DNA from: Ignavibacteriota bacterium
GTDB taxonomy: Bacteria > Bacteroidota > Ignavibacteria > UBA10030
Length of the DNA stretch: 64,000 nt
Direction: 5' to 3'
Assembly: GCA_963701295.1 (NCBI GenBank)
Contig: OY969585.1
Coordinates: 2,432,001 to 2,496,000, forward strand
The notes beneath the pieces are model-generated. The model made no database searches. It was not told where the DNA came from and worked only from the letters and a program-made list of their open reading frames with translations. This document shows positions 11,077 to 21,960 of the stretch, piece after piece. Made by a program: the position numbers and the translations under genes. Each line of letters opens with the position of its first letter. Within the stretch, counting starts at the first letter, position 1.

Positions 11077-11100
11077 TTTTTTGCAAACGTTTGCAAAAAA
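11077..11100. promoter_or_regulatory. LacI-family operator
   Basis: Perfect 24-bp palindrome TTTTTTGCAAACGTTTGCAAAAAA with central CG, upstream of the TonB receptor. Confidence 0.85.
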
Positions 11101-11226
11101 ATCTGAAATGCATTAAGCTAAAACCAAAAATTCACGTTGATTCCATAATTTATCATTACAAAATTGTTTCTGACTGAAAACGCATTTAGAATCAAAAACC
11201 TTTCAAGAAATCATAAGGAGAATAAA

Positions 11227-14200
11227 ATGGCTATTGGTACATTTCGTTTTCGGGTTTCACTTGTTTGTGCGATAATAATAACATTTTCTTTAACCTTTCA
11301 ATCTTTATACGCTGCCGGATCTGGGTCTATCAAAGGACATGTTTTTGATAAAGTAACAAGTGAACCTCTTATTGGAGCGAATGTTGTAGTTCTCAATACA
11401 AGTTTGGGAGCTTCTGCAAATATAGATGGTTTGATAACAATATATGGTGTACCGGCAGGACAGCAAACATTAAAGATATCCTATGTTGGATATAAGACGA
11501 TCACCGTACAAGTGACAGTTCCTGAAAATGGTGTAATTGAACAGGAATTCCGTTTATCACCTCAGGCAATTCAGGGACAAGAAGTAGTCGTTACGGCGCA
11601 GGCAAGCGGTCAAGATGCAGCCATCAATCAGCAGTTGACTTCAAATAACATTACAAATGTAGTTTCATCTGCGCGTATACAAGAACTTCCTGATGCCAAC
11701 GCTGCGGAATCCATTGGCAGATTGCCCGGTGTTTCAGTTGTACGGAACGGCGGTGAAGCCACGCAAGTGGTTATTCGTGGACTTGAACCAAAATATAATT
11801 CCATCACCATTGATGGAGTACCAATACCCTCAAACGATGTAGGCAGCTTTTCTGCCACCAATGGTGATTATTCTAAGCTTACGGACAATCCTGGTGGCCG
11901 TTCGGTAGACATGAGTATGATTTCATCTAGCTCGCTGGAAGGTATAGAAGTCTTCAAGACAGTTACACCTGATATGGATGCTGCAGCTATCGGAGGCACC
12001 GTCAACTTTGATATTCGTCGTGCAAAATCAAATCCCGATAACGCAGCTTCAATTTTTCTTCTTACGCAAGATGGTTATAATGATTTGATGAGTTCATCCA
12101 AAGACTATAAATTTGTCGCAAGCATCGAAAAAAGATTTTTTGATGATAAATTTGGCGTCTTTATACAGGGAATTGCACAAAGACAAAATTTGACTTCAGA
12201 TCAGCTCGGAGCATACTATTACAATTCAAGTCTAAATGTAAATATAAATCCCAATGCTATTGAGATGGGATATACAACTCTGACCTTTATCCCTTCAACC
12301 CAAAAACGATATGATGGAACAATAACATTTGATTATAAGATACCCAATGGTGAGTTGGCTCTTTTTAACGTCGTCAGTCATGGTACAAAGACATCAGAAC
12401 AGCATTCCGATCAGTATACCGTACAAAACTATACTCCTTTATCAGATCGAATTATTTTTGGTACATCATTGCAGGAGAACGATCTTAATGTTGTCTCAAA
12501 TATTCTGAGTTATAAACAGGAATTCGGGTCATTAAAAGTAGAAGCAAAACTATCGAATGCATATTCAGATAATTCTACGCCGTACGACTGGTATATGGAT
12601 TTCATACAACAAGGATCAGGAGCAAAAAATATTTCGGCTAATCTCCCTCCTGCAGATATTGTTCGCCAAGAACAGCCCTTGATCAATCTTGCTCAAATGT
12701 TCTGGACAAATAATACTGCGTGGAGCAGTTTCAACAAGCAGGATGATAAGCAAGCTATTCTTGATATTAAATATAATTTTAATCTTTCAGACCTCATATC
12801 CTTATCTGTAAAAGGAGGAGGCGCGTACAAATATACTACACGGTATTACGATTATGATTCTTGGTATGGCCATATAAATGATGGCAGTGCGTCGGTGGGC
12901 TTCCGACAATCTCTTGTACAAGCTCTTCCATGGTTGGCGCAGGCACCATATAATCTTGACCCAACAGGACGGAGTCCATTTCCTATCTCGGGATTTTATA
13001 ATAATAAAATGGATATTGGAAAATTCCTCAAAGGCGAGTATTCCATATACTCAGAAGTCAATGCAGATGTCATCGATCAAATTATTAGTAGAATGAAAAC
13101 GGTTGGAGCTCAACGGACAACGGTAGCAGATCAGCCGGATTTTCTTTATGATATGGTCCAAAGTACAGCAAATGATTATTCCGGATATGAAATCCGCAGC
13201 GCCGCGTATCTCATGGCTACGTTGAATATAGGTCCATGGATATCTGTAATTCCCGGTGTCCGATATCAAGCGCTGAGAACCTCCTATACTGCAGCTCACT
13301 TTATGAAATATGATGATACTAAAATTATCTATCCCCTTTCATATCCGTACACGATGGTAACAGATGAAGAATATCATGGATATTGGCTTCCTGATCTCAT
13401 AATAAAATATAATCCATCGGACGCGATCGGTTTTCGAGCATCATTCACAAACACAATAGCATATCCTGATTTCAACACCTTTGTTCCAAAAGAAGATATT
13501 GGTACTACGACGAAATTTATTACATGGAATAATACTTCATTAAAACCAGAACGGGCGTATAATTATGATTTTCAGGTATCCATCCATGATAATACTATTG
13601 GATTATTTGCTGTAAGCCCTTTTCTGAAAACAATTGATAATCAAATTTATAATCCTCAAAATATCCACCTTGATTCAAATCAAGTCAAAGCTTTTGGATT
13701 TCCTAGTTACACCAACCTTTATACTCTCAATACCTATATTAATAACCCTTTTCGGATAAACGATTGGGGGATTGAAACAGAATGGCAAACACATTTTTGG
13801 TATTTGCCGGGACCATTGAGCGGGTTAGTAATGAATATTAATTATACACATATATTTTCTAAGGCGAAGTATCCGTATACAAATACCGTGGTTGTTTTTG
13901 GTCATCCCGTCCAATATGTCGATACATCATTTATCGACCGGCTCATTCAACAACCTAACGATGTTGTGAATCTTTCGCTTGGCTATGACTACCGGAAATT
14001 TTCCATTCTTGCTTCTGTGATTTATCAATCAAATGTATTCTACCAAAGCAATTTCTATGAGAGTCTGCGTTCTGATAAAGCAAAATATCTCCGATGGGAT
14101 CTTGCCGTGAAACAAGGATTACCATGGTACGATATAGAGCTTTATTTGGATATCAATGACGTGAATAAGGAAGCCGACATTTATACCACAAGAGAAAATG

Positions 14201-14265
14201 GATTCCCTACGGCAGAATATAATTATGGTTTGACTGCGGACTTAGGAATTCGATTGAAATTTTAA
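11227..14265 (+). CDS. TonB-dependent receptor
   Basis: AAGGAG RBS, signal peptide, carboxypeptidase-reg-like domain, plug (NAAESIGRLPGVSV, IRGL), C-terminal Phe. Confidence 0.93.
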   Translation: MAIGTFRFRVSLVCAIIITFSLTFQSLYAAGSGSIKGHVFDKVTSEPLIGANVVVLNTSLGASANIDGLITIYGVPAGQQTLKISYVGYKTITVQVTVPENGVIEQEFRLSPQAIQGQEVVVTAQASGQDAAINQQLTSNNITNVVSSARIQELPDANAAESIGRLPGVSVVRNGGEATQVVIRGLEPKYNSITIDGVPIPSNDVGSFSATNGDYSKLTDNPGGRSVDMSMISSSSLEGIEVFKTVTPDMDAAAIGGTVNFDIRRAKSNPDNAASIFLLTQDGYNDLMSSSKDYKFVASIEKRFFDDKFGVFIQGIAQRQNLTSDQLGAYYYNSSLNVNINPNAIEMGYTTLTFIPSTQKRYDGTITFDYKIPNGELALFNVVSHGTKTSEQHSDQYTVQNYTPLSDRIIFGTSLQENDLNVVSNILSYKQEFGSLKVEAKLSNAYSDNSTPYDWYMDFIQQGSGAKNISANLPPADIVRQEQPLINLAQMFWTNNTAWSSFNKQDDKQAILDIKYNFNLSDLISLSVKGGGAYKYTTRYYDYDSWYGHINDGSASVGFRQSLVQALPWLAQAPYNLDPTGRSPFPISGFYNNKMDIGKFLKGEYSIYSEVNADVIDQIISRMKTVGAQRTTVADQPDFLYDMVQSTANDYSGYEIRSAAYLMATLNIGPWISVIPGVRYQALRTSYTAAHFMKYDDTKIIYPLSYPYTMVTDEEYHGYWLPDLIIKYNPSDAIGFRASFTNTIAYPDFNTFVPKEDIGTTTKFITWNNTSLKPERAYNYDFQVSIHDNTIGLFAVSPFLKTIDNQIYNPQNIHLDSNQVKAFGFPSYTNLYTLNTYINNPFRINDWGIETEWQTHFWYLPGPLSGLVMNINYTHIFSKAKYPYTNTVVVFGHPVQYVDTSFIDRLIQQPNDVVNLSLGYDYRKFSILASVIYQSNVFYQSNFYESLRSDKAKYLRWDLAVKQGLPWYDIELYLDINDVNKEADIYTTRENGFPTAEYNYGLTADLGIRLKF

Positions 14266-14448
14266 TAAAACTATATAAGCCACATGAAACCAATTCATAA
14301 CGGAATTGCGGAAAGGAGGATAACTTAAAACAGCAGTTATTCGAATGGATTCCGGTGAGGTCACTCGGTATTGAGCAAATTGATCGGACATCTATTGCAG
14401 TTAGTGCACAATTAACAAAATATAAACCTCAATGAAAGGATGTTTGTT

Positions 14449-16173
14449 ATGAAAAAGATATTCATTTCACTATTTTTTTCTGTGTCGCTGCTGTTGTCCT
14501 TAGCAGCAACAATGATCGCAGGAGTTCCTGATACCGTACGTATATATGCACATCCTTCAACATGGCCTACGGGATCATTCGATGACGTTATTAACAGTGA
14601 TACTATTGCTGGAGGTTACGTTAAACCGAATACAGTGTTTCTTCTGCAACAAACCGGCGGTATCGATACAGTGTATTACGTATCGGCTCCCATTACAGTA
14701 AAAGGCAACGTTACTGTTATCGGAAAAATAAATCCAGCGACTGGTCATCCACCGGTACTTGCACCGAATATTAACCAAGATAATAGTTCTATCGGTGATT
14801 ACTTTGAACCTCAGGGTAATGATACTCTTACATTAAAAGGATTATATTTCATAGGTACTCGTTCGGATGGCGCTGCGAATACTGGCCGTTTTGTTACTCC
14901 TTCTGGAGATAGCAATGTATTCGTTTTTGATCATTGCATCATTGAAAATATTACCGGTCCTCAACACACGCCAAACCTGATTGATACTTGGGCGCACGCT
15001 CATTGCAGTTTCTATATAACCAACTGTGAGTTTCGGAACAATCAAGATGACGCAGTAGGAAATCCTGGACTTGCATGGATCGAAGTCAGTGATCCGTTAG
15101 GCATTCCTTGCGATACGGCATATTTCCGTAATAATACCTTTTTCTTTACCGGTGGCCTAGTACTTGGTGGAGGAGGGTATGCATGCAATAAGTTGGATTT
15201 CCAGCATAATACAATTTTTATGTCAACCCAACAAGGCGTTTTCGAATTATATCATCTCACCAATGCAGTTATTACAAACAATGTCTTCTACAGCGTAGGT
15301 TCGGCAAGTCAACCCGTTTCGTGGGGTTGGACTCCAGGCAATTGGTTTACTGGTGCAATTGTTTTAGATACTCTTACAGCAGCGTTAAAAGGAGCTCCAT
15401 TGAACCTGACAGAAGCTGGCCGGCATATTACCATCACAAATAATGCTTATTTCTGGTCGGTTGCAATCCAAAATGTATGGTCAACGCTTAGTCTTTCTCC
15501 CCAACAATTTATTGGAGCCCGAGCTGGTATTCTTACAGATAAAACAACATGGCCCAATGTCAACGTAGCAAACAACGATAGCGTTGATCCAGGGTTTAAC
15601 TCTACACTTGTAGCAACATCAATCGCCAATATGATTACTTTGGTAGATACGGCTTATGGTGGTACTGCCAGTGGTAGTGCAGGTGGTTATCGTCCGTACG
15701 TTTATCCGCTGGCTGCACCAACTGATAGAATTACATGGACAAATGTTGCATCAAACTGGGCATCAACACAAGGGTATCCGGTTCCGGAAAATCTGCGCTA
15801 CTCCAGTACAACACTTCAAACTGCAGGAACCGATGGAAAAGCACTCGGCGACTTGAACTGGTTCCCGGAACAGGTTACGGGCGTTTCACGAACACCCAAT
15901 TCATTGCCAGGGAAGTTCGAGTTATGTCAAAACTATCCGAATCCATTTAACCCGAGCACAAAGATTTCGTATACACTCGAGATCAAAGGCATAACGAGAC
16001 TCTCAGTGTTCGACATCCTCGGCAGAGAAGTGGCAGTTCTGGTGAACGAGGTTCAAAATGCTGGATCTCATGACGTTACTTTTACCGCCAACAATTTAAG
16101 CAGCGGTGTTTATTTCTACAAACTCATGAGCTCCGAAACTACGACTACAATGAAAATGCTTTTGATGAAATAG
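14449..16173 (+). CDS. Secreted beta-helix-like protein with T9SS C-terminal domain (receptor partner)
   Basis: Signal peptide, NNTF/HNTI/NNVF repeats, LGDLNWFP, QNYPNPFNP tail. Confidence 0.75.
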   Translation: MKKIFISLFFSVSLLLSLAATMIAGVPDTVRIYAHPSTWPTGSFDDVINSDTIAGGYVKPNTVFLLQQTGGIDTVYYVSAPITVKGNVTVIGKINPATGHPPVLAPNINQDNSSIGDYFEPQGNDTLTLKGLYFIGTRSDGAANTGRFVTPSGDSNVFVFDHCIIENITGPQHTPNLIDTWAHAHCSFYITNCEFRNNQDDAVGNPGLAWIEVSDPLGIPCDTAYFRNNTFFFTGGLVLGGGGYACNKLDFQHNTIFMSTQQGVFELYHLTNAVITNNVFYSVGSASQPVSWGWTPGNWFTGAIVLDTLTAALKGAPLNLTEAGRHITITNNAYFWSVAIQNVWSTLSLSPQQFIGARAGILTDKTTWPNVNVANNDSVDPGFNSTLVATSIANMITLVDTAYGGTASGSAGGYRPYVYPLAAPTDRITWTNVASNWASTQGYPVPENLRYSSTTLQTAGTDGKALGDLNWFPEQVTGVSRTPNSLPGKFELCQNYPNPFNPSTKISYTLEIKGITRLSVFDILGREVAVLVNEVQNAGSHDVTFTANNLSSGVYFYKLMSSETTTTMKMLLMK

Positions 16174-16199
16174 CATTGGGTTTGTGATCTGTGAAATGT

Positions 16200-16240
16200 A
16201 CGTGTATAACAGCATTTCTGCTGTTATACACGTGTTTTTT
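16200..16240 (+). terminator. Intrinsic terminator
   Basis: 15-bp stem ACGTGTATAACAGCA/TGCTGTTATACACGT followed by a T run. Confidence 0.8.
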
Positions 16241-16428
16241 AGTAGATTTGTATGGAATGTGGCACACAGATCTTTGCAGTCTGAGCAACTCGTGGATATT
16301 ACACAGGAAGATTATTTCACCGTTGAGTTCTATGAGACTTAAATCAAGTTCTACGAAGTTAGAGGTCCGAACCATGACTTCAGTGTAGTATCGGTAGATG
16401 GAGGGATTGAAATCAATTATTTTTATAA

Positions 16429-16442
16429 TATAAACGATTACA
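16429..16442. promoter_or_regulatory. Weak LacI-type operator (autoregulation)
   Basis: TATAAACGATTACA immediately before the regulator start. Confidence 0.45.
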
Positions 16443-16446
16443 GGTA

Positions 16447-17460
16447 ATGAAATATACTTCAAAACATGCCACGATAATAGATATTGCCAAGAAACTGGGA
16501 ATTTCACCTTCAACAGTATCACGTGCATTAAGTGATCATCCCTATATCAAAAAAGAAACCAAGGCACAAGTCAAGAAAATAGCAAAAGAGTTACGATATT
16601 CTCCAAATCAGATGGCTCAAAGTTTAAAAAATAACCGTACTACTGCTATCGGTGTCATCGTTCCTGAAATTAAACACGATTTTTTTTCTTCAGCAATCAG
16701 TGGTATCGAAGATGTTGCCTATCGATCAGGCTATACTATTATTGTTTGTCAATCAAATGAAAGCTATGAAAGAGAAGTCCTCAATGCGAATCTGCTGATC
16801 AACCATCGCGTTGCAGGAGTGGTCGTTTCTATCTCGCAAAACACAAAAGATGGAGAACATTTTAATGATTTCCTGAGACGGAAAATTCCTTTAGTATTTT
16901 TTGACCGTGTATGTAATGATGTGATAGCAAGTAAAGTTGTGATTGATGATTACAAGAGCGCTTTTGATGCAGTTACATATCTCATCGGAAAAGGATATAA
17001 AAAAATTGCGCACTTTGCCGGACCAAAAGAATTAAGCATTTGCAAAAACAGGATGAGCGGTTATATAGATGCTTTAAAAAAAGTTCATATAACATCCCTA
17101 AATGGATTTGTCCGTTATGGTGGATTACATGAACAAGACGGATATAATTCCATGAATACTTTGTTGAAAGAAAATATGCTTCCGGATGCGATATTCGCTG
17201 TCAACGATCCTGTTGCGATCGGCGCTTATCAAAGAATTAAAGAGGCTAAATTGAACATTCCAGATGATATCGCCGTTATGGGATTTTCTAATAATAAAAT
17301 TACAAGTTTGATTGATCCGCAGCTGACAACTGTTGACCAGCCTTCGTTTGAAATGGGGAGAAAGTCTGCAGAAATATTGATCAATATGATAGAAGACAAA
17401 TTTATAGAACCAAAGACATATGTGTTAGATACGAAGCTTATTATTCGTGGATCTACATAA
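16447..17460 (+). CDS. LacI-family transcriptional regulator
   Basis: TIIDIAKKLGISPSTVSRAL HTH plus sugar-binding domain. Confidence 0.95.
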   Translation: MKYTSKHATIIDIAKKLGISPSTVSRALSDHPYIKKETKAQVKKIAKELRYSPNQMAQSLKNNRTTAIGVIVPEIKHDFFSSAISGIEDVAYRSGYTIIVCQSNESYEREVLNANLLINHRVAGVVVSISQNTKDGEHFNDFLRRKIPLVFFDRVCNDVIASKVVIDDYKSAFDAVTYLIGKGYKKIAHFAGPKELSICKNRMSGYIDALKKVHITSLNGFVRYGGLHEQDGYNSMNTLLKENMLPDAIFAVNDPVAIGAYQRIKEAKLNIPDDIAVMGFSNNKITSLIDPQLTTVDQPSFEMGRKSAEILINMIEDKFIEPKTYVLDTKLIIRGST

Positions 17461-17475
17461 TTATTTTACATTTTT

Positions 17476-17489
17476 TGCAAACGTTTGCA
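17476..17489. promoter_or_regulatory. LacI-family operator
   Basis: TGCAAACGTTTGCA, same core as at 11077, upstream of galK. Confidence 0.85.
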
Positions 17490-17554
17490 GGAGCTCGGCG
17501 ACTGCATTGCAATGATGTATTTAAAGACACGAAAGCAAACGAGATGAGTTGCTT

Positions 17555-18730
17555 ATGAATACTGTTTATAGAGTGGAAAAGAAATTCAAGGAACATTTTG
17601 CAGAACAGCCTCTCTTAGTGCGATCTCCCGGGAGAGTGAACCTCATCGGAGAACATACGGATTATAATTTAGGATATGTTCTCCCTGCGGCTATAGATAA
17701 GGCAATTTATTTTGCAATCACTCCTCGCAATGACAGATTATGTAATATCTTTGCACTTGACATGGGCGATGAATACAAGTTTACCTTAGATGATCTCCAA
17801 TTTACGCCAAAAGAATGGCCGAACTATTTCATGGGTGTTGTTGATCAGGTTATGAAGGCACAGTATCCAATACGAGGATTTAATTGCTACTTCGGTGGCG
17901 ATATTCCCATCGGTGCAGGATTGTCTTCTTCTGCTGCACTTGAAGCAGGCTTGGCTTTTGCCCTGAATACACTCTTCGACTTACAAATAGAGGATCTTTC
18001 TCTTGTGAAACTTGCACAAGCAGCAGAGAATGAATTTGTCGGTGTTCGATGTGGCATTATGGATCAATACATAAATATTTTTGGTGAGCAAGATAAAGTG
18101 CTTCGCATAGATTGTAAATCACTGGAATATAAATATTATCCTTTTGCCCATCCCAATGTATCCATTGTTCTCTTTGATACATACGTTTCTCATTCATTGG
18201 CTTCATCAGAATATAATAGAAGAAGAGAAGAGTGCAGTGAGGGAGTATCGGTAATAAAAAGATGTTGTCCAGAAGTGGTCTCTTTGCGGGACGTTTCTGT
18301 CGATTTGATAGAGAAAAGTAAGCCCTTCATGAATCCAACGATATATCGGCGATGTAAATATGTTGTCGAGGAGAATGATCGGGTTTTGAAAGCTTGTCAG
18401 GAGCTGGAAAATGGTGATTTAAAAGCCTTTGGCGCTTTTATGAATCAGACACATGAAGGATTGAAGCGTGACTATGAAGTGAGCTGTAAAGAACTCGACT
18501 TCTTGAAAACGTTAGTCGAAGACAAACCGCAGGTATATGGATCGCGGATGATGGGAGGCGGATTTGGGGGGTGCACAATCAACATTATAGAGAACGATGG
18601 AATAGAAGAGATCAGTACATATGTTGCTGAAAAGTATAGACAAGAATTCAATATCGATCTAAAAACATATATAACATCAATCAGCTCCGGAACGAACATC
18701 ATTACTGTGAATGAATATGCAAAAATCTGA
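17555..18730 (+). CDS. galK: Galactokinase
   Basis: PGRVNLIGEHTDYN, PIGAGLSSSAA, CGIMDQ, RMMGGGFGG. Confidence 0.97.
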   Translation: MNTVYRVEKKFKEHFAEQPLLVRSPGRVNLIGEHTDYNLGYVLPAAIDKAIYFAITPRNDRLCNIFALDMGDEYKFTLDDLQFTPKEWPNYFMGVVDQVMKAQYPIRGFNCYFGGDIPIGAGLSSSAALEAGLAFALNTLFDLQIEDLSLVKLAQAAENEFVGVRCGIMDQYINIFGEQDKVLRIDCKSLEYKYYPFAHPNVSIVLFDTYVSHSLASSEYNRRREECSEGVSVIKRCCPEVVSLRDVSVDLIEKSKPFMNPTIYRRCKYVVEENDRVLKACQELENGDLKAFGAFMNQTHEGLKRDYEVSCKELDFLKTLVEDKPQVYGSRMMGGGFGGCTINIIENDGIEEISTYVAEKYRQEFNIDLKTYITSISSGTNIITVNEYAKI

Positions 18731-19760
18731 ACTTTTTCATTCTCCTCATCGAAGGAAGAACATTTTAACAGGGGAATGGATATTGGTTTCTCCACAGAGA
18801 ACTCAACGCCCCTGGCAAGGTGAAATCTCTGCTTTAGCAAATGTTCCAAGCCGTGCGTATGAACCGGAGTGCTATTTATGTCCCGGGAATAAACGTGCCA
18901 ATGGCGATTTGAATCCTCAGTATACCGGCACATATGCTTTTACCAATGATTTCACAGCACTGGTTCCAGATATCCCAAAAGGAAATTTAGAAAAAAATGG
19001 CTTGTTGATTGCGAAATCCGAAAAGGGAATTTGCAGAGTTGTCAATTTTTCACCAAAACATAATGTGACTCTCGCAGAAATGAAGGAAAGCGAAATAGAG
19101 GATGTTATCACAATCTGGCAAGACGAATTCAAATCATTAGGTAAGCAACCGCATATCAACTATGTGCAAATATTTGAAAACAAAGGGTCAATAATGGGGA
19201 ACAGCAATCCCCATCCCCATGGACAAATCTGGGCGCAGGAAAGTATTCCACGAGAACCGGCAAAAGAACTTAGACAATTCAAATTATACTACGAGCAACA
19301 CAAACGGAATCTTTTGCTGGATTATCTCAAATTAGAGATACGTACAAAAGAGAGACTTGTCTACGAAAATGAATTATTTGTTGTACTCGTTCCATTCTGG
19401 GCAACCTGGCCATACGAGACGATTATCATTCCTAGAAGAAGAACTGCCTGCATTCTCGAGTTGAAGACAAAAGAAATAAAAGATTATGCCAATGCGTTAA
19501 GTAGCCTGACCATCAAATACGATAATCTTTTCAATACATCATTCCCTTATTCATCCGGACTTCATCAAGCGCCGACAACTGGCAAGATATATAAGGAATG
19601 GCAATTGCATATGCATTTCTATCCACCGCTTTTACGGTCAGCAAGTATTAAAAAATTTATGGTAGGGTATGAAATGCTCGCTGAACCTCAGAGGGATATC
19701 ACTCCAGAGTATAGCGCACACATCTTACATGAGTTGCCAACTGTTCATTATAAAAGATAA
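18711..19760 (+). CDS. galT: Galactose-1-phosphate uridylyltransferase
   Basis: CYLCPGN, FENKG..MGNSNPHPHGQ, KFMVGYE. Confidence 0.97.
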   Translation: MNMQKSELFHSPHRRKNILTGEWILVSPQRTQRPWQGEISALANVPSRAYEPECYLCPGNKRANGDLNPQYTGTYAFTNDFTALVPDIPKGNLEKNGLLIAKSEKGICRVVNFSPKHNVTLAEMKESEIEDVITIWQDEFKSLGKQPHINYVQIFENKGSIMGNSNPHPHGQIWAQESIPREPAKELRQFKLYYEQHKRNLLLDYLKLEIRTKERLVYENELFVVLVPFWATWPYETIIIPRRRTACILELKTKEIKDYANALSSLTIKYDNLFNTSFPYSSGLHQAPTTGKIYKEWQLHMHFYPPLLRSASIKKFMVGYEMLAEPQRDITPEYSAHILHELPTVHYKR

Positions 19761-19876
19761 AATGTGTTCAAAGAAGCAGATCCTACTGATGGTTCTCAGC
19801 ATTTTAATGGAAAGAAAATAATCATTTTCTCTTTCAATTTGAATAAAATGATATATAAAGATTAAGGAGTATATGG

Positions 19877-21712
19877 ATGGATAAGTTTATTCTTAATTTG
19901 ATCCACCGGCCTGAGCTGGTGCCTGAGTACATCGACACAAGTGCGCAGGAAGGACAAACGGCAGAGGTCAGTAAGGCAAACGTGGTCAAAGAATCCATTG
20001 ATATTTTCCGTTTGCAGCAGGAGATCGCTCATAAGAATGGGCTGAGGACAACCATTCAAATGACCTATTCCAGCCTCTATAATGATGAGTGTATCGCTCT
20101 TGTGAAAAAATATCATGATGAATTCAACGATGAGATCGGTCATACATTCCTCGGTGTGAATTGCAAAGAGTTCCGCGAGAAATACAAGTCGAAGGAACTG
20201 GCGATCTGGCTGTTTCCGATGGACATGAAGAAGAGGATCGTGATAGACTCCTTTGAACGTTTCAAAGAAGTGTTCAGCTTCTATCCGACGTCAACAGGCT
20301 CGTACTTCATGGATGCAGAGCTGATTAACTTCATCAAAGAAAAGTATCCGATGGTAAAGACCGCGGTAGCGACATGCTTTGAGGAAGGACCGAAAGTATT
20401 CCGTCATACTAACTCTTCATGGTATACGTTGTTGGATGGTTCTCCGTGGACAGCCTGGATCCCTTCAAAGAAGAATACTCATGCTATCGCAGAGGACGAA
20501 AATGATGATATCGGAATCGTAGCTATGCCTCATCTTTCGCGCGATCTGCTGGCGATCATGGATAATGCCGGAGATATGTTCGGCACACATCCGCAGAATA
20601 TCATACGCGGCCTGATCTATGACGGTGATCGTTTGCCGTATATGTATAATCTTGTCAACCATTACCAGGTGATGAAAAAATACAACAAGGGTTTCACTTA
20701 CAATCTTGTTTATGTCGGACCTGGCTGGATGGGTAAAGGAGGGCGCTGGGAAGCAGACTACAGGATCCTTAAGAAAAGTTATGAGGATTTCCTTGCCTAT
20801 TATGGAAAGCTGAAAAAAGAAGGCAAAGTGGAAGACATGACGATGACAGAATTCGCCGATTGGTTTCGCAAGAATCAGCCTCGCAGTGGACCGATATGCG
20901 GCCTCTGGAAGGACCTCATCTTTGGGACAAAGAATCAGGCTTTCTGGTACGCGGATTCAAAGTTCCGAGTTCAGATCGATTTGAAACAAGGAGGAGCTAT
21001 AACGGATCTTCGTCCTTATGCATCAAAATTAACACGTCCCTGCGGCGTTGGTACCAAGGCGCATCAGGATGCCTCATATCCGTACATCGTTCACTCTCGA
21101 TACCGCGCAGGCGCATTCACTCATTATGCTGGCGAAGGATCCATCAAAAGCGGCAAAGTCCGCTATGGTTCAGAAGAGGTAGATATCAGTTCATGCCGAA
21201 GCACCGGCGTTTACAGTGAAGGAAAAGGATGCAGAATCCTTGGTGTAAAGCCGGTCGAAATTGAATTCAATAAATTGACCATTAAACTGGTAACAACCTA
21301 TACATTCAAAGAAAACACAGGTGAGATTCTGATTAGCCGCAAGATCGTTGGATTAAGCGATCCGTCGGCAAAAGTGGAGGTGGATGAATTTCTCGCTTCC
21401 TGCTGGGGCACGAACGAGTATCCAGAAGATCTGACCGGATGTACACTCACTGTGATAGGTAAAGACAAATCACGCAATGCACTGAACTATGAATACAGGT
21501 GCAGAGAATATTCCGCAGAGAATGTGGAATGTGTGGAAGCTGTTATTCCGCAGGTTCAAACGAAAGTCAGCTTGATCCCATGCAGTGATTGCTGTAAAGG
21601 TTATTATGAGGAAGGGTATTCGTTCGCACCTAATATAAAAATTGGCATCATAAAAAAGATCGGACTTAATGAGGAGCTAGTGACATGTCTCAAGGTAGAA
21701 AAGGCAAAATAA
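19877..21712 (+). CDS. Unknown 611-aa cytoplasmic protein (possible carbohydrate-active enzyme)
   Basis: AAGGAG RBS, long ORF without signal peptide inside the sugar operon; family not recognised. Confidence 0.7.
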   Translation: MDKFILNLIHRPELVPEYIDTSAQEGQTAEVSKANVVKESIDIFRLQQEIAHKNGLRTTIQMTYSSLYNDECIALVKKYHDEFNDEIGHTFLGVNCKEFREKYKSKELAIWLFPMDMKKRIVIDSFERFKEVFSFYPTSTGSYFMDAELINFIKEKYPMVKTAVATCFEEGPKVFRHTNSSWYTLLDGSPWTAWIPSKKNTHAIAEDENDDIGIVAMPHLSRDLLAIMDNAGDMFGTHPQNIIRGLIYDGDRLPYMYNLVNHYQVMKKYNKGFTYNLVYVGPGWMGKGGRWEADYRILKKSYEDFLAYYGKLKKEGKVEDMTMTEFADWFRKNQPRSGPICGLWKDLIFGTKNQAFWYADSKFRVQIDLKQGGAITDLRPYASKLTRPCGVGTKAHQDASYPYIVHSRYRAGAFTHYAGEGSIKSGKVRYGSEEVDISSCRSTGVYSEGKGCRILGVKPVEIEFNKLTIKLVTTYTFKENTGEILISRKIVGLSDPSAKVEVDEFLASCWGTNEYPEDLTGCTLTVIGKDKSRNALNYEYRCREYSAENVECVEAVIPQVQTKVSLIPCSDCCKGYYEEGYSFAPNIKIGIIKKIGLNEELVTCLKVEKAK

Positions 21713-21918
21713 ATTATCGTTGTCCGAATTGTCTCTTTCGTGACATTGATTTTGACCTGCTTTATGATAAAGAAGCGGATCAGTTTTATTGCAGGCGGTG
21801 TAATTGGGAAGGAACGGAGCCAGATATACTTCTCCGTTATTCTTTCTATAAAAGTAAATACAAGGATATGCTTAAACGCTATACTGTCGAGGATATCCTG
21901 GCTAAGGATGAGGACTAA
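21685..21918 (+). CDS. Small Zn-ribbon protein
   Basis: CPNC...CRRC; GAGGAG RBS; overlaps the upstream gene end. Confidence 0.7.
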   Translation: MSQGRKGKINYRCPNCLFRDIDFDLLYDKEADQFYCRRCNWEGTEPDILLRYSFYKSKYKDMLKRYTVEDILAKDED

Positions 21919-21960
21919 GATATCATAGATTAGGATCGGTAATCTGAATTGAGATCAAAT

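Noticed and set aside
16145-16528. 127- and 65-aa ORFs
   Set aside because: They span a terminator and promoter region and overlap real genes.
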